Shown here in pieces: positions 21,470 to 31,687 of a stretch of 64,000 nt of DNA. The stretch is from a virus. The notes beneath the pieces were generated by a model that saw only the letters and a program-made list of their open reading frames with translations, did not search any database and was not told where the DNA came from. The position numbers were made by a program, and so were the translations under genes. The DNA lies in IMG/VR virus record IMGVR_UViG_3300027708_000022, positions 32,001 through 96,000 of that record. One strand, 5' to 3'. Within the stretch, counting starts at the first letter, position 1, and the number at the start of each line of letters is the position of its first letter.

Positions 21470-22737
21470 TATTCTTTGATATCAAGTGTTGAATCTGTTA
21501 CCAAATCCATTGTAGTTATATGTTGTTGTGAATCGTTACTTTGAGATTTAATTGTATGTTTTGTTGCTATAATTAAATATGTTCCAGTTAAAGTCAAATC
21601 TATACCATCAGTACCATCATTATCTGGTCTAACTGAGAATTTTGGAACAATAACTCTAGATGTTTTTCCTGAAGTTAATGCAAAATTACCAGCCATAACA
21701 ACTCTAACTTTTTTAGCAAACAAATTTTGCATGATGGCTTCACGTTGTAAAAGCCATTTGTCGGGTGTCTCTTCATTACCTGTTGGGTTACTATTGTAAA
21801 AATAAGATTCTATTTTACTATAGTAGGCTTGATCCGGATTTATACTGAATCTACTTGTTTTTGGTATAACACCATTTTTTTTAGGATTTGCAGAATCTAC
21901 ACCAGTTTGGTCTTGGTTGTATGTTGTTCGTATTTCTTTAAATGTTCTATTAATAATATCATAAAAACGACCAGTTTTAGCATATACCCCAGATTTTGTG
22001 TTTTCAATAAAATCGTATTGGTCTAACACTTCAAATGCTCTAACTCCAAAAAATTCTTGATTCATATCATTTACTATATTTTTTGGAGAAAAATTGATAT
22101 TAATTAATGGAGTCTGTTTGAAAATATTAGATGTTGTTGTAAAATTAAACCCATCAGCATTTTCAAAAAACAAAAATGTTGGTTTACCCTGTTGGTCAAG
22201 AGCTCTTTTAGAACACCATGTAATAGCATCAAGTGGTTTCATAGTGGGTATAATCACACTCCTTATACCTTGAGAATTATCAATTACACCTTTCAATTTA
22301 ATAGGAAGAACTTTTAAATAATTTTTCAATATAAGTCTAGCTATATTGGAATATGTATCTTCAAAATGTTGTGCAACCCTTGTTTGTTCGGATACGGTAT
22401 ACTCATCAGAGATAAAATCTAATTGATATGATTCACTACCATATGTTAAAATGTCTCTATTACTTCGTTTGTATATATGAAATACTTTTTCATAAGAAAA
22501 TAAATCACCACCTTTAGACATTTTAACAATCAGGTATTCTGATCCATCAAATTGAAATCCACGCAAGGATCCTAATGAATCGACAATAATAATATTACCT
22601 GAAATTGTATTGGTAAAAATACTATCAAAGATATTCATTTCTACAAAAATGGAACGAATATCCACTTCAACATTATTTTTGTAAATAACTAAAGATTTTA
22701 TTTCATATTGAGCTGTCTGATTAATTTGTGTGGCCAT
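21469..22737 (-). CDS. Baseplate hub protein (gp27-like)
   Basis: Position between gp53 and gp5; FLFFENADGFNF, LTGTYLI. Confidence 0.6.
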   Translation of the reverse strand: MATQINQTAQYEIKSLVIYKNNVEVDIRSIFVEMNIFDSIFTNTISGNIIIVDSLGSLRGFQFDGSEYLIVKMSKGGDLFSYEKVFHIYKRSNRDILTYGSESYQLDFISDEYTVSEQTRVAQHFEDTYSNIARLILKNYLKVLPIKLKGVIDNSQGIRSVIIPTMKPLDAITWCSKRALDQQGKPTFLFFENADGFNFTTTSNIFKQTPLININFSPKNIVNDMNQEFFGVRAFEVLDQYDFIENTKSGVYAKTGRFYDIINRTFKEIRTTYNQDQTGVDSANPKKNGVIPKTSRFSINPDQAYYSKIESYFYNSNPTGNEETPDKWLLQREAIMQNLFAKKVRVVMAGNFALTSGKTSRVIVPKFSVRPDNDGTDGIDLTLTGTYLIIATKHTIKSQSNDSQQHITTMDLVTDSTLDIKE

Positions 22738-22740
22738 CTA

Positions 22741-23382
22741 TTAAACACTCATATTGAATATAGTTTTCAATTCACCCATAACTGTAGGAACAAATTCTTT
22801 TCTTAGTACGATTATATGTCGTTTTTCTTCATTCAATTCTGTTTCATAATCAAAATATGTTTTTGTTTCTTTTGTTATAGCAATATTTACTTGTTTACCA
22901 TCTTTCAATGTATATGTTGTATCGGTTACTGAAGTGTTAGCATATGTACCACTATCAATCTCAATTTTATCTTGTGTATATTGTCCAGTACCAACAGTTT
23001 TAGTTTCAACTTTATAATATGATTGGTTATTATTCTTAGCCCAATCAGTACCCGTTTGGCCTACCGAAGCATTGGCTGAATATTTACTTTCGATAAATTT
23101 ATTCAAATCTCTTTCTTTCATTGGCCAATCATATTGCGGATCAACTATATCATTCATCATCAAAATAATCCAATGTTTTTCAACATCACCGTAATACTTA
23201 TATGCTATAATTTCAGGTGTATCTTCATCAGTAACAATGAATTTAATGTATGCAGCTGAATTTTTTTTGAATTCTTGTTCAAAAGCAAATCGTTTTGTAA
23301 TATCAGTGACAACATCCAAATCAGTATTTCCATCTGTATTAGTATAGTATGTCGTTGGGAAGTTATAGAAATAGTTAGCCAT
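22741..23382 (-). CDS. gp53: Baseplate wedge protein gp53
   Basis: TPEIIAYKYYGD..HWIILMMNDIVDPQYDWP. Confidence 0.9.
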   Translation of the reverse strand: MANYFYNFPTTYYTNTDGNTDLDVVTDITKRFAFEQEFKKNSAAYIKFIVTDEDTPEIIAYKYYGDVEKHWIILMMNDIVDPQYDWPMKERDLNKFIESKYSANASVGQTGTDWAKNNNQSYYKVETKTVGTGQYTQDKIEIDSGTYANTSVTDTTYTLKDGKQVNIAITKETKTYFDYETELNEEKRHIIVLRKEFVPTVMGELKTIFNMSV

Positions 23383-23391
23383 ATTTTATCT

Positions 23392-24699
23392 TTAACTCTT
23401 CAATCCGTTAATAATTGCAGAAACATCATCTGAAAGTGGATTTGATGCCGGTACGGGACCCAATGGGTCATCCATTCCATAGGATTTTTCATACATAGCA
23501 CCTCTATAATATTCTTTAGTAATAATTTGTGTTTCCATAAATGATAATGATAAACCAATACCAACTGGCATACCAGTTCTACCAAGTTGTGGATCATTTT
23601 CACCAGCAACTTCGTATGCATGAAATCCCTTTGGTGCATAATTAATAGAAACATTTTTCAAAACGCAAGTTGAAATTTTATCAATGTTTGGATTTTGTTT
23701 ACCATTGTACATAAAAGAAATATCAAATTCGGATGGTGGAATCAGAAAAAAACCACCTGTATTTTTCATAATTTCTGGAGATTGATGAAATCTAAATCTT
23801 TCCAATATTCGTTGTACAGTGAAAGCTTCTTTTTCTGACCTAGGATAAAACATAAATGAAAAATTAAATTCACGAAAACTTGGTTGGGAATAAATTACTT
23901 CTAACATAGGGTTATTAACAACGCCTGTTGCAGCTGTTGCTAATGCTTTAAAAAGTTGACTATTACTTTTTTGAGCAAGGCCTTGTGCAGCAAAAGTAGT
24001 GTAAGGAACAGCATTAGTATCGGAATTTTGGACACTATTCATTATTGCTGTTCCTATTGATACTGCTCCTTGAGCACTCAAAATATTACCGCCAAGTTGA
24101 GTTTGTTTATATGTTTGTGAATTGCTAAAACTCAATGTGTCAGGCATATACAACGCAATAGTATCAGTTGTCCTCTGTATTGTCCTTAGAAAATTTTGAG
24201 GAGTTACATTGTTTTTCATATTACCTAATGATGTTCCAACACTTTTGGCAAATTCCACTCCTGTCGGAAACATTTTATGGGTTTCGTCTGAAATATTTTG
24301 AGATGCATTCACGACACTATTAATAGCACCTGATAGAAATTTACTAGTATTTTCATCACCAGATAAAGATCCTATTTTTGTAGCAGCGTCACTAATGTAT
24401 TTACCTATTGTATCTGCGGCCGGACCAAGAACACCACCATTTGTATAACCTCTCCTACTTTGCAAGTCCCTCATATTTTGAACTATAGTAGGTTCATCAC
24501 TAGCTAGAGTTCCGGAAAATTGAGTATTCTTTTGTTCATTGATGTTAAATAGAATGTAATGTCCTTTATCATAATTTCCAACATCTTCAGGATAACGATA
24601 AGTATTGCTTTGATATTGTGACCCACCAAGATTTGCTGGACCGCCCAATCTATTTCCATTGGAATTCATCACAACATCTAAGATTTGAAAGAATGACAT
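23392..24699 (-). CDS. gp48: Baseplate tail-tube cap gp48
   Basis: YRYPED, IALYMP, FREFNFSF..PRS; start moved to MSFFQ because the late promoter lies at 24731-24738. Confidence 0.85.
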   Translation of the reverse strand: MSFFQILDVVMNSNGNRLGGPANLGGSQYQSNTYRYPEDVGNYDKGHYILFNINEQKNTQFSGTLASDEPTIVQNMRDLQSRRGYTNGGVLGPAADTIGKYISDAATKIGSLSGDENTSKFLSGAINSVVNASQNISDETHKMFPTGVEFAKSVGTSLGNMKNNVTPQNFLRTIQRTTDTIALYMPDTLSFSNSQTYKQTQLGGNILSAQGAVSIGTAIMNSVQNSDTNAVPYTTFAAQGLAQKSNSQLFKALATAATGVVNNPMLEVIYSQPSFREFNFSFMFYPRSEKEAFTVQRILERFRFHQSPEIMKNTGGFFLIPPSEFDISFMYNGKQNPNIDKISTCVLKNVSINYAPKGFHAYEVAGENDPQLGRTGMPVGIGLSLSFMETQIITKEYYRGAMYEKSYGMDDPLGPVPASNPLSDDVSAIINGLKS

Positions 24700-24730
24700 T
24701 TTTAGCCTATTGATTAAAATGATATCTATA

Positions 24731-24738
24731 TATTTATA
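24731..24738 (-). promoter_or_regulatory. T4-type late promoter TATAAATA (baseplate operon)
   Basis: Exact consensus at the divergent gp48/gp4 junction. Confidence 0.75.
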
Positions 24739-25181
24739 TGACATTCGGCAAAACTTTTAAAGGATTCTTCAAACCAAAGAATCCAAAGAAATATAATGGT
24801 GATTCCACCAATATCGTCTATCGTTCCTCATGGGAATTGAAAGTGATGAAGTGGTTAGACGAGCACCCAAAAGTGATATGGTGGAACTCGGAGGAACTTA
24901 TAATTCCCTATAGAAGTCCTGTGGACAATAAAATGCACAGATACTTTCCTGACTTTATTGCCAAGATGAGGCAAAAAGATGGTTTGGTAATGACTTATGT
25001 AATTGAGATTAAGCCAGATTCACAGACTAAGATGCCGACTCAGAAAAGGAAAACAAAGAGATATCTACAAGAAGCGGCTACATATGCTGTTAATCAGGAG
25101 AAGTGGAGAGCAGCTGATATCTTCTGCCAGGAACATGGTTGGAAGTTTTTAGTACTAACGGAGAAGCATCTTGGTATCTAA
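24738..25181 (+). CDS. gp4: Head completion nuclease gp4 (TnsA-like)
   Basis: NPKKY.GD..IVYRSSWE, YFPDF, EIKP. Confidence 0.9.
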   Translation: MTFGKTFKGFFKPKNPKKYNGDSTNIVYRSSWELKVMKWLDEHPKVIWWNSEELIIPYRSPVDNKMHRYFPDFIAKMRQKDGLVMTYVIEIKPDSQTKMPTQKRKTKRYLQEAATYAVNQEKWRAADIFCQEHGWKFLVLTEKHLGI

Positions 25182-25264
25182 ACTTCAAAAAGGTACACCT
25201 CTACTTATGCTACATAAACAGTATTTCCTAAGGCAATGTTAGCAATAAACCAATGATTACCACA

Positions 25265-25272
25265 CATAAATA
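25265..25272 (+). promoter_or_regulatory. Late promoter variant CATAAATA
   Basis: 4 nt upstream of gp2 ATG. Confidence 0.55.
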
Positions 25273-25276
25273 GAAT

Positions 25277-25855
25277 ATGGCATATCTATTACGAAGAATT
25301 AATGAGCAACTTGCCAAGGCAGGGTTGCAACCTAGAACAAACCAGGCAAGAGCCTGGTTGAGGGCTAAGATCAATGATTTAAAACCATCTCGCCAATCAA
25401 TCCTAAGAGACAAGGCACGATCAAGAGATTCAACCATCATAGGTCGTATGTACTTTTTTTATTACGATCCAAAGATGAAGGAGACGTTGCCATATTACGA
25501 TAGGTTCCCATTGGTAATCCCAATAGAACAATACCGAGACGGTTTTTTAGGGTTGAATCTGCACTATATTCACCCAAAGCAACGCATACTTCTTTTAGAT
25601 ACATTAAGTGAATTTGCAAATAATTCCAAATATGATGCTAGTACCAAATTACGGTTAAGTTATGATTTGTTAAAAAGAGCAGGTACAGCATATCAAGCCA
25701 CACCATGCATTAAGAGATACCTATTCGCTCATGTACAAAGTCGTTTTGTGGAAATAACAGCCGATGAATGGGATATCGCAGCACTATTGCCATTGGAGAA
25801 TTTCCAAAAGGCTCCAGCAAGTAAAGTTTATTCAGATTCTATGGAACAATTCTAA
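25277..25855 (+). CDS. gp2: DNA end protector gp2
   Basis: YDPKMKETLPYYDRFPL, GLNLHY. Confidence 0.9.
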   Translation: MAYLLRRINEQLAKAGLQPRTNQARAWLRAKINDLKPSRQSILRDKARSRDSTIIGRMYFFYYDPKMKETLPYYDRFPLVIPIEQYRDGFLGLNLHYIHPKQRILLLDTLSEFANNSKYDASTKLRLSYDLLKRAGTAYQATPCIKRYLFAHVQSRFVEITADEWDIAALLPLENFQKAPASKVYSDSMEQF

Positions 25856-26610
25856 TGGCATTTTCACCAGACAAGTTTTTATCGGAAATTAACAGAAGTG
25901 GTGGTTTAGTTAAAGCTAACCGTTATGATGTTATTATTCCTTTACCGCCATATATTAATAATTTTGTGACAAATAGTATTATTGATAGATTGATAGCTTC
26001 AAAGGATAGTTTACTTCAAGATATCACATCAATTTTACCAAATCTTGTTGGTACATTTCTTGGCCAAGATCCAATTAGTCCACAAGCGTTGACTGCTAAC
26101 CCGGAAACTACTAGACATTTATCAATGGTGTGTGAAGGTGCGGAGATGCCAGGTAAATCTCTGTTGACCGAAAAAGTTAAAATATATGGTCCTGGATTTC
26201 AAGTGCCATATTTAACAGATTACAAAGATATGAATTTAACATTTCTTTGCACGAACAAATACTCAGAACGAAAGATATTTGATAGATGGATTGAAGCTAT
26301 TATTCCATCGGATACTAATAATGCTAGATTTGCAAAAGGTGAAAGTAGTCGTTATTTAACCAATATAACTATAACTCAGTATGATGAAGTTGTAAATAGA
26401 ATTTATGCTGTACAATTGGTTGATGCTTTTCCAACCAGTATAGCTCCACAACCTTTATCTTGGAATGATGATAACTTTCAAAGGTTGACTGTAAACTTTT
26501 CTTACCAGAGATACAAAGTAGTTTATGATGAACAATTTGGAAGTGCCGGTGATGTTACCGCAAAATTGAATGAACTGTTTGGCTCAAGGTCAAAATTTTT
26601 AATTAATTAA
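25855..26610 (+). CDS. gp54: Baseplate tail-tube initiator gp54
   Basis: CEGAEMPGK, FDRW, DAFPTSI..LSW (tube-protein fold). Confidence 0.75.
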   Translation: MAFSPDKFLSEINRSGGLVKANRYDVIIPLPPYINNFVTNSIIDRLIASKDSLLQDITSILPNLVGTFLGQDPISPQALTANPETTRHLSMVCEGAEMPGKSLLTEKVKIYGPGFQVPYLTDYKDMNLTFLCTNKYSERKIFDRWIEAIIPSDTNNARFAKGESSRYLTNITITQYDEVVNRIYAVQLVDAFPTSIAPQPLSWNDDNFQRLTVNFSYQRYKVVYDEQFGSAGDVTAKLNELFGSRSKFLIN

Positions 26611-26625
26611 TAATATGGAGTAATT

Positions 26626-27360
26626 ATGGCTTTACCAAAAATTGATGTACCTATTTTTGATGTGAAATTATTTTCTACAAACAAAAAAGTAAAATTTAGA
26701 CCATTCACCGTTAAAGAAGAAAAACTATTTCTCATAGCTTCAGAAACGGATGACCCACAATCAACTATAACAACAATCAAGCAGGTTTTGAATAATTGTA
26801 TACTTGATGATACTGATATTGAATCTCTTCCTTTGTTTGATATTGAGATGTTGTTTTTAAATTTAAGAGCTCGCTCAATCAGTGAGATTGTTAGTTTAAA
26901 ATACAAGTGTAATAACAATATTGTCGAAGAAGATGGTAAAGAACACAAATGTAACAATCAAGTAGAGATTGATGTTAATGTTTTGGATATTGTACCTGAA
27001 GTTGGTGAAAACCATTCTAATAAAATTGAAATTAATAGTAAACTTGGCCTTGTTATGAAATATCCAAAAATGGATGTTATGGCAAATATGGACAAGCAAG
27101 AAAATATTGATTCAGTTTTAAATTTGATTGTTGGTTGTATTGATTACATTTATGATGATGAAAAACTTTACTATGCTAAAGATAGTACAACAGAAGAATT
27201 GGTTGACTTTTTAGAAACATTACAATCAAAGGATTTGGAAAATATCAAACAATTTTTTGATACTATGCCAAAGATGAAAAAGACTTTAGATTTTAGTTGC
27301 AGAAAATGTGGTTATCAAGAAAAGATTGATGTAGAAGGCATACAAAATTTTTTCGGTTAA
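26626..27360 (+). CDS. gp26: Baseplate hub assembly protein gp26
   Basis: FRPFTVKEEK, FDIEMLFLNLRARSISE, CxxC, GIQNFF. Confidence 0.9.
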   Translation: MALPKIDVPIFDVKLFSTNKKVKFRPFTVKEEKLFLIASETDDPQSTITTIKQVLNNCILDDTDIESLPLFDIEMLFLNLRARSISEIVSLKYKCNNNIVEEDGKEHKCNNQVEIDVNVLDIVPEVGENHSNKIEINSKLGLVMKYPKMDVMANMDKQENIDSVLNLIVGCIDYIYDDEKLYYAKDSTTEELVDFLETLQSKDLENIKQFFDTMPKMKKTLDFSCRKCGYQEKIDVEGIQNFFG

Positions 27361-27410
27361 TATTTCGTTATGATAATCTTGAGAATCATTATAAAACAAA
27401 TTTTGCTCTG

Positions 27411-27548
27411 ATGCAACATCACAAGTACAGTTTGACAGAGTTGGAGAATATGATTCCTTGGGAAAAAGATATCTATGTGAATATGCTAATACGATATCTT
27501 GAAGAAGAAAATGAGAAGATTAAAGCTGCTAACCAACAAAGAAGATAA
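27411..27548 (+). CDS. gp51: gp51-like hub assembly protein (45 aa from first ATG; frame open back to 27348)
   Basis: MQHHKYSLTELENMIPWEKDIYVNML; below ORF-track cutoff. Confidence 0.8.
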   Translation: MQHHKYSLTELENMIPWEKDIYVNMLIRYLEEENEKIKAANQQRR

Positions 27549-27551
27549 TAA

Positions 27552-29717
27552 ATGGCAATAGACCGTACACCAGAAGAACAGGAAGAATATAATAAGCTTA
27601 AAAAAGATATTATAAAAGATATCAAAAAAGAAGCTAGAAAAAAAGATTATAATTCTTCAAATAAAAACACAACAAGCAATTCACTTACTGATATTGTAAA
27701 ATCTCGTCGTGAAGCTGGTGAAGGTGTCTTTGGTTCTTTAGGTGGAGCAGCTAAAGAGCGATTGAAGGAGAAGCTGGATATCAGAAGAGCTCTGCCTCAA
27801 GGTGGATTATTAACGGCTTTATTTCCAATATTAAAGGCATATAAAGCACAACTTCTCAATCCAATATCAAATGAAGGTTCCGCTTATTCCACTAGTACAA
27901 TGAGTCCTGCTCCTTCTAGTGGCGATTCTTTAGCCACATCAAAACCACTATTTGATTCTATAAGTGTTAATACAAAAATTATAGCAAAAAATAGTATGGC
28001 CTTGCCTTTGATTCAAAAAGATACTAATCTTATGCGTCAGACTTTAAAGAAGATTGTTAAGGCGATGCAAGCTAGAAAAAAAGTTGTTCCAACTAATACT
28101 ATTCCAACTTTAACAAAAAGAGTAAATAAAGTTGATGAATATAAAGGATTGGAAACAGAAAAAGAACAACCAAAAAAAGAAAAAGGTCCACTTGACATAT
28201 TAAAAGATTTGGCTGAATCAATTTATTCGATGATTAAAGTTGTTACTAAAACCATAGAAGAAGCTTTAAACGGTTTAACTGATAAAATTATTAAAGGTGT
28301 TGTTTCAGGAATAAAGGGTCTTTTCACTGTAGGTAAATTAGCAACATCAATGCTTGGTAGATTTATGATGCCTATCTTAGGTTTCATGGCTAGTCCAGCT
28401 GGTTTAGCACTGATGCTTGGCGCTGCCTTTTTTGCAGTCCTCTATAGGGGTTTTACTTCTGAAGAACGTGATGCTGAAAAAAGAAAAGAATTTGAGGAAT
28501 TGAAATCCAAAATTGCTTCAGGAACAGCATCTCAGGCAGATAAAAGAAGATATAAAGAATTGGAAGGATATGGTTATGGAAAAGAAGATATTGAAATACC
28601 CGACAAAGTTCTAAATCCATTTTATGGAAATAAACAATCTGGTCGTGTATCCTATGGAACATTTGGAACATTACAACAAATATTAGCACAGAAAAAAGGA
28701 ACTATAGAATACCTTTCTGATGAAGAATTGAAAAAGGGTGAATTTGGAAATTCTAGAGAAGTATTACAGAAATGGATGGACCATTATTTGGAATGGGAAA
28801 AAACTGATAAAAAAGGCAAGATTAAAAGTTTAAGTGAAATAGATGCAGATTTAATTCGTCCACAAACAGATAAAAACATAGAAGCTTCTGGAGTTTCTCC
28901 TGAAAAAATAGCTAATGAATTTGGAACAACATCGACAGCCCCCAATATAATTCATAAGAATCCTTTGGATCAAAAGGCACAAACATTGGCTGTTGGTGAT
29001 AGTTTAGCTGTTGGACTAAACAGGAGTGGATTGTCTGGAGATGGAGTTGATGCTGTTGGTGGTATGGATCCAACAAGAGTTTTAAATAAAATAAAAGAGA
29101 ATCTACAATCTGACCCATATCGCTATAAAGGTAAACACGTTATATTGAGTTCTGGTATTTCAAATGCTTACGGAACACTAGATCCAACAAGTGGACCAAA
29201 GAATACATCGTCCAAAAAACCAGCTGTAATGGAGAAAGAAAGATCCACAATAGCTGAACAAATAAAATTGTTGGAGGCTAATGGTGCAACAGTTTCATTA
29301 CTAGGTGTTGGTCCTCATCCTGTTTACAGAAATAATAATGTCAACGAAGAATTAAAATCATTAGCCAATTCAAACAATATTAAATTTTTAAATTTTCGTG
29401 AAGATGATTTTAATTCTAGGAAAGATTTAATACATCCTTCAACATATGGAAAACTAGTTGAAGTATCAAAAACATCAACAGAATCTATGTTGAATCCTAA
29501 AATTGATCCAAAATCTATAACTAGTATTAGTTCTTATGATTATGAAGGCACGGCTATTGCAGAAGATCGGTTACTAGGTCAATCTCTAAATTCAACATTA
29601 GATACTCCAAATTCTAATAAACAATCAACACCTAGAGCAGCAATAGAATCGCCATTTAATTATAAAAATCCGCAATTCGCTTCTTTGGGTCCTATAACTT
29701 TAATATCATTTACATAA
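27552..29717 (+). CDS. Tape-measure-like tail protein with SGNH/GDSL hydrolase domain
   Basis: Follows gp26/gp51; helical with hydrophobic segment; AVGDSLAVG, SSGISNA, DLIHP motifs. Confidence 0.65.
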   Translation: MAIDRTPEEQEEYNKLKKDIIKDIKKEARKKDYNSSNKNTTSNSLTDIVKSRREAGEGVFGSLGGAAKERLKEKLDIRRALPQGGLLTALFPILKAYKAQLLNPISNEGSAYSTSTMSPAPSSGDSLATSKPLFDSISVNTKIIAKNSMALPLIQKDTNLMRQTLKKIVKAMQARKKVVPTNTIPTLTKRVNKVDEYKGLETEKEQPKKEKGPLDILKDLAESIYSMIKVVTKTIEEALNGLTDKIIKGVVSGIKGLFTVGKLATSMLGRFMMPILGFMASPAGLALMLGAAFFAVLYRGFTSEERDAEKRKEFEELKSKIASGTASQADKRRYKELEGYGYGKEDIEIPDKVLNPFYGNKQSGRVSYGTFGTLQQILAQKKGTIEYLSDEELKKGEFGNSREVLQKWMDHYLEWEKTDKKGKIKSLSEIDADLIRPQTDKNIEASGVSPEKIANEFGTTSTAPNIIHKNPLDQKAQTLAVGDSLAVGLNRSGLSGDGVDAVGGMDPTRVLNKIKENLQSDPYRYKGKHVILSSGISNAYGTLDPTSGPKNTSSKKPAVMEKERSTIAEQIKLLEANGATVSLLGVGPHPVYRNNNVNEELKSLANSNNIKFLNFREDDFNSRKDLIHPSTYGKLVEVSKTSTESMLNPKIDPKSITSISSYDYEGTAIAEDRLLGQSLNSTLDTPNSNKQSTPRAAIESPFNYKNPQFASLGPITLISFT
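27678..27848 (+). repeat. About 170-nt duplicated N-terminal module (second copy about 29727-29900)
   Basis: NSLTDIVKSRREAGEGVFGSL.GAAKERLKE..LPQGGLLTALFP.LKAYKAQ in both genes. Confidence 0.9.
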
Positions 29718-29718
29718 T

Positions 29719-31686
29719 ATGGAAAATAATTCACTTACTGATATTGTTAAATCTCGCCGTGAAGCTGGTGAAGGTGTCTTTGGTTCTTTAGCTGGAGCAG
29801 CTAAAGAACGCCTGAAAGAAAGAATGGATTGGAAAAGACTTTTACCTCAAGGTGGTTTGTTAACTGCTTTATTTCCAAAACTCAAGGCATACAAAGCTCA
29901 GAAAGCTGCATCTCCAACAGAAAAAGTTTTAAAGAATATTGATACCGATTTTGCTTTATTTGCAAAGAACAGTAAAAAATTGGAATCCATTGCAAATAAT
30001 TTTTTGTTAATGAAAAGAGAAGTTAATAAACTTGCTAAATTGGAAAAAGTATCTCCTGCGACTAATGTGGACAGATCATTGGATGCGGAAACAGGAACAA
30101 CAGATACTACACAACCATCTAAAATTGAAACTGAAAAAGGTGGATTTAATATTTTATTGTTAATTGCTGCTGTTGCCGCTGTTGCAACAGCTGTAACGGT
30201 GGGATATGAAAATTTAAAAGAGTCATTTGATTCCACTATATCAGAATCTTTGAAACCACTTTTACATTTTGGTTCAGATTTATTTGAAGAATTTGAAAAT
30301 ATATTTGATTGGACAGAATTAAGAATGTCTGATTTATCCGACCTTGCAGAAGATACAATGGATTTTTTCAAAGAAAATCTTTCTAAATTATTTAATATGG
30401 ATGTTTTAGGTAAAATTAAAGATATTGCCAACAATGTTATCTCTAAATTTTTAGGAACGGATAGTGGTGGTGATAATGTAAAAACTCAAATTTATGATCC
30501 TGAAGCTGAGAGAAATGCTGGAGAAGCAGAAGCTCAACATTATATGCGTGATAGGGAGTCAGCATTAGTAGCTGCTCAAAATGATCCAAATACCAAAACA
30601 CGAAAGAAAAGATCAAGTAAAATTTTGGATATGGAGGGATTATTATCTGGTGAAAATGCTCTAGGTAATGTTATAGCTTCAGGTGAAAGTCGTGGAGCTG
30701 GATACAATGCGTACAATAAAGGAACTATAGGAAATAAAATAATTGGTTCGGATAAAAAAATAGATTTTTCTAGTATGACACTTGATGAATATTTTAGAAG
30801 ATCCGAATTGCCATCTAATGATCCTGATAAGTTATTTGCTGTTGGAAAATATCAAATAATTCCAGATACGATGAAAGGTATTGTTAAAGCTTTAGGGGTT
30901 GATACAAAAACAACACAGTTAACACCTGATGTACAAGAATCTTTTTTTAAATATCTTGTTAGTAATAGAAGAAATTTGAACGCATATCTCAAAGGTAAAT
31001 CTGATGACTTAAATGGAGCTATTCTTGACCTTGCTAAAGAATGGGCAGCTGTCGGTGTTCCATATGATAATCCAGACGGGAAACAATTAAAAAGGGGACA
31101 ATCATATTATTCCGGAACAGGTGGTAATGCGGCTAGTCTTTCACCTGAAATCATTGGTCAAGCTTTAGTTAAACAGAGAAGTGATAATTTAACTTCACCG
31201 ACAACAGCATCAGCAAAAACACCATTACCAACTGCATCAGTAACACCAACAACAGTACCAACAACAACATTATCAAAAACACCATTACCAACTGCATCAG
31301 TAACACCAACAACAGTACCAACAACAACATCATCGAACATCACCAACAATACCAATACCAACAACATTACAGCACCAACAACAACGAACATCACCAACAA
31401 TACCAATACCAACAACATTACAGCACCAACAACAACGAACATCACCAACAATACCAATACCAACAACATTACAGCACAAGATATAACTTCGATAAAAACA
31501 GCATCTATATCTCCGAATGTTATTGGTAGTAAACCTAATAACCAAAAAACGGTGTATATTCCTGTTCCTATTTCCTCCGGATCTGGTGGAAACAATCAAG
31601 ATAATGTAACAAATTCAAGAAACAAATTAAAAGAGGATTATGTTGCACGATTAATGTGGAACAATCTTGTTAATAATCTCGGATAA
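29719..31686 (+). CDS. Tape-measure-like tail protein with lysozyme/lytic transglycosylase-like domain
   Basis: IASGES..YNAYN, AVGKYQI, LAKEWA motifs. Confidence 0.65.
   Translation: MENNSLTDIVKSRREAGEGVFGSLAGAAKERLKERMDWKRLLPQGGLLTALFPKLKAYKAQKAASPTEKVLKNIDTDFALFAKNSKKLESIANNFLLMKREVNKLAKLEKVSPATNVDRSLDAETGTTDTTQPSKIETEKGGFNILLLIAAVAAVATAVTVGYENLKESFDSTISESLKPLLHFGSDLFEEFENIFDWTELRMSDLSDLAEDTMDFFKENLSKLFNMDVLGKIKDIANNVISKFLGTDSGGDNVKTQIYDPEAERNAGEAEAQHYMRDRESALVAAQNDPNTKTRKKRSSKILDMEGLLSGENALGNVIASGESRGAGYNAYNKGTIGNKIIGSDKKIDFSSMTLDEYFRRSELPSNDPDKLFAVGKYQIIPDTMKGIVKALGVDTKTTQLTPDVQESFFKYLVSNRRNLNAYLKGKSDDLNGAILDLAKEWAAVGVPYDNPDGKQLKRGQSYYSGTGGNAASLSPEIIGQALVKQRSDNLTSPTTASAKTPLPTASVTPTTVPTTTLSKTPLPTASVTPTTVPTTTSSNITNNTNTNNITAPTTTNITNNTNTNNITAPTTTNITNNTNTNNITAQDITSIKTASISPNVIGSKPNNQKTVYIPVPISSGSGGNNQDNVTNSRNKLKEDYVARLMWNNLVNNLG
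31201..31476 (+). repeat. In-frame tandem repeats: 2 x 60 nt and about 3 x 51 nt
   Basis: KTPLPTASVTPTTVPTTT x2; NITNNTNTNNITAPTTT x about 3. Confidence 0.9.
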
Positions 31687-31687
31687 C

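Noticed and set aside
24700-24744. Track's longer N-terminus for gp48
   Set aside because: Overlaps the late promoter and gp4 start; the ATG at 24699 is more plausible
31201-31476. CRISPR-like array
   Set aside because: In-frame coding repeats without unique spacers
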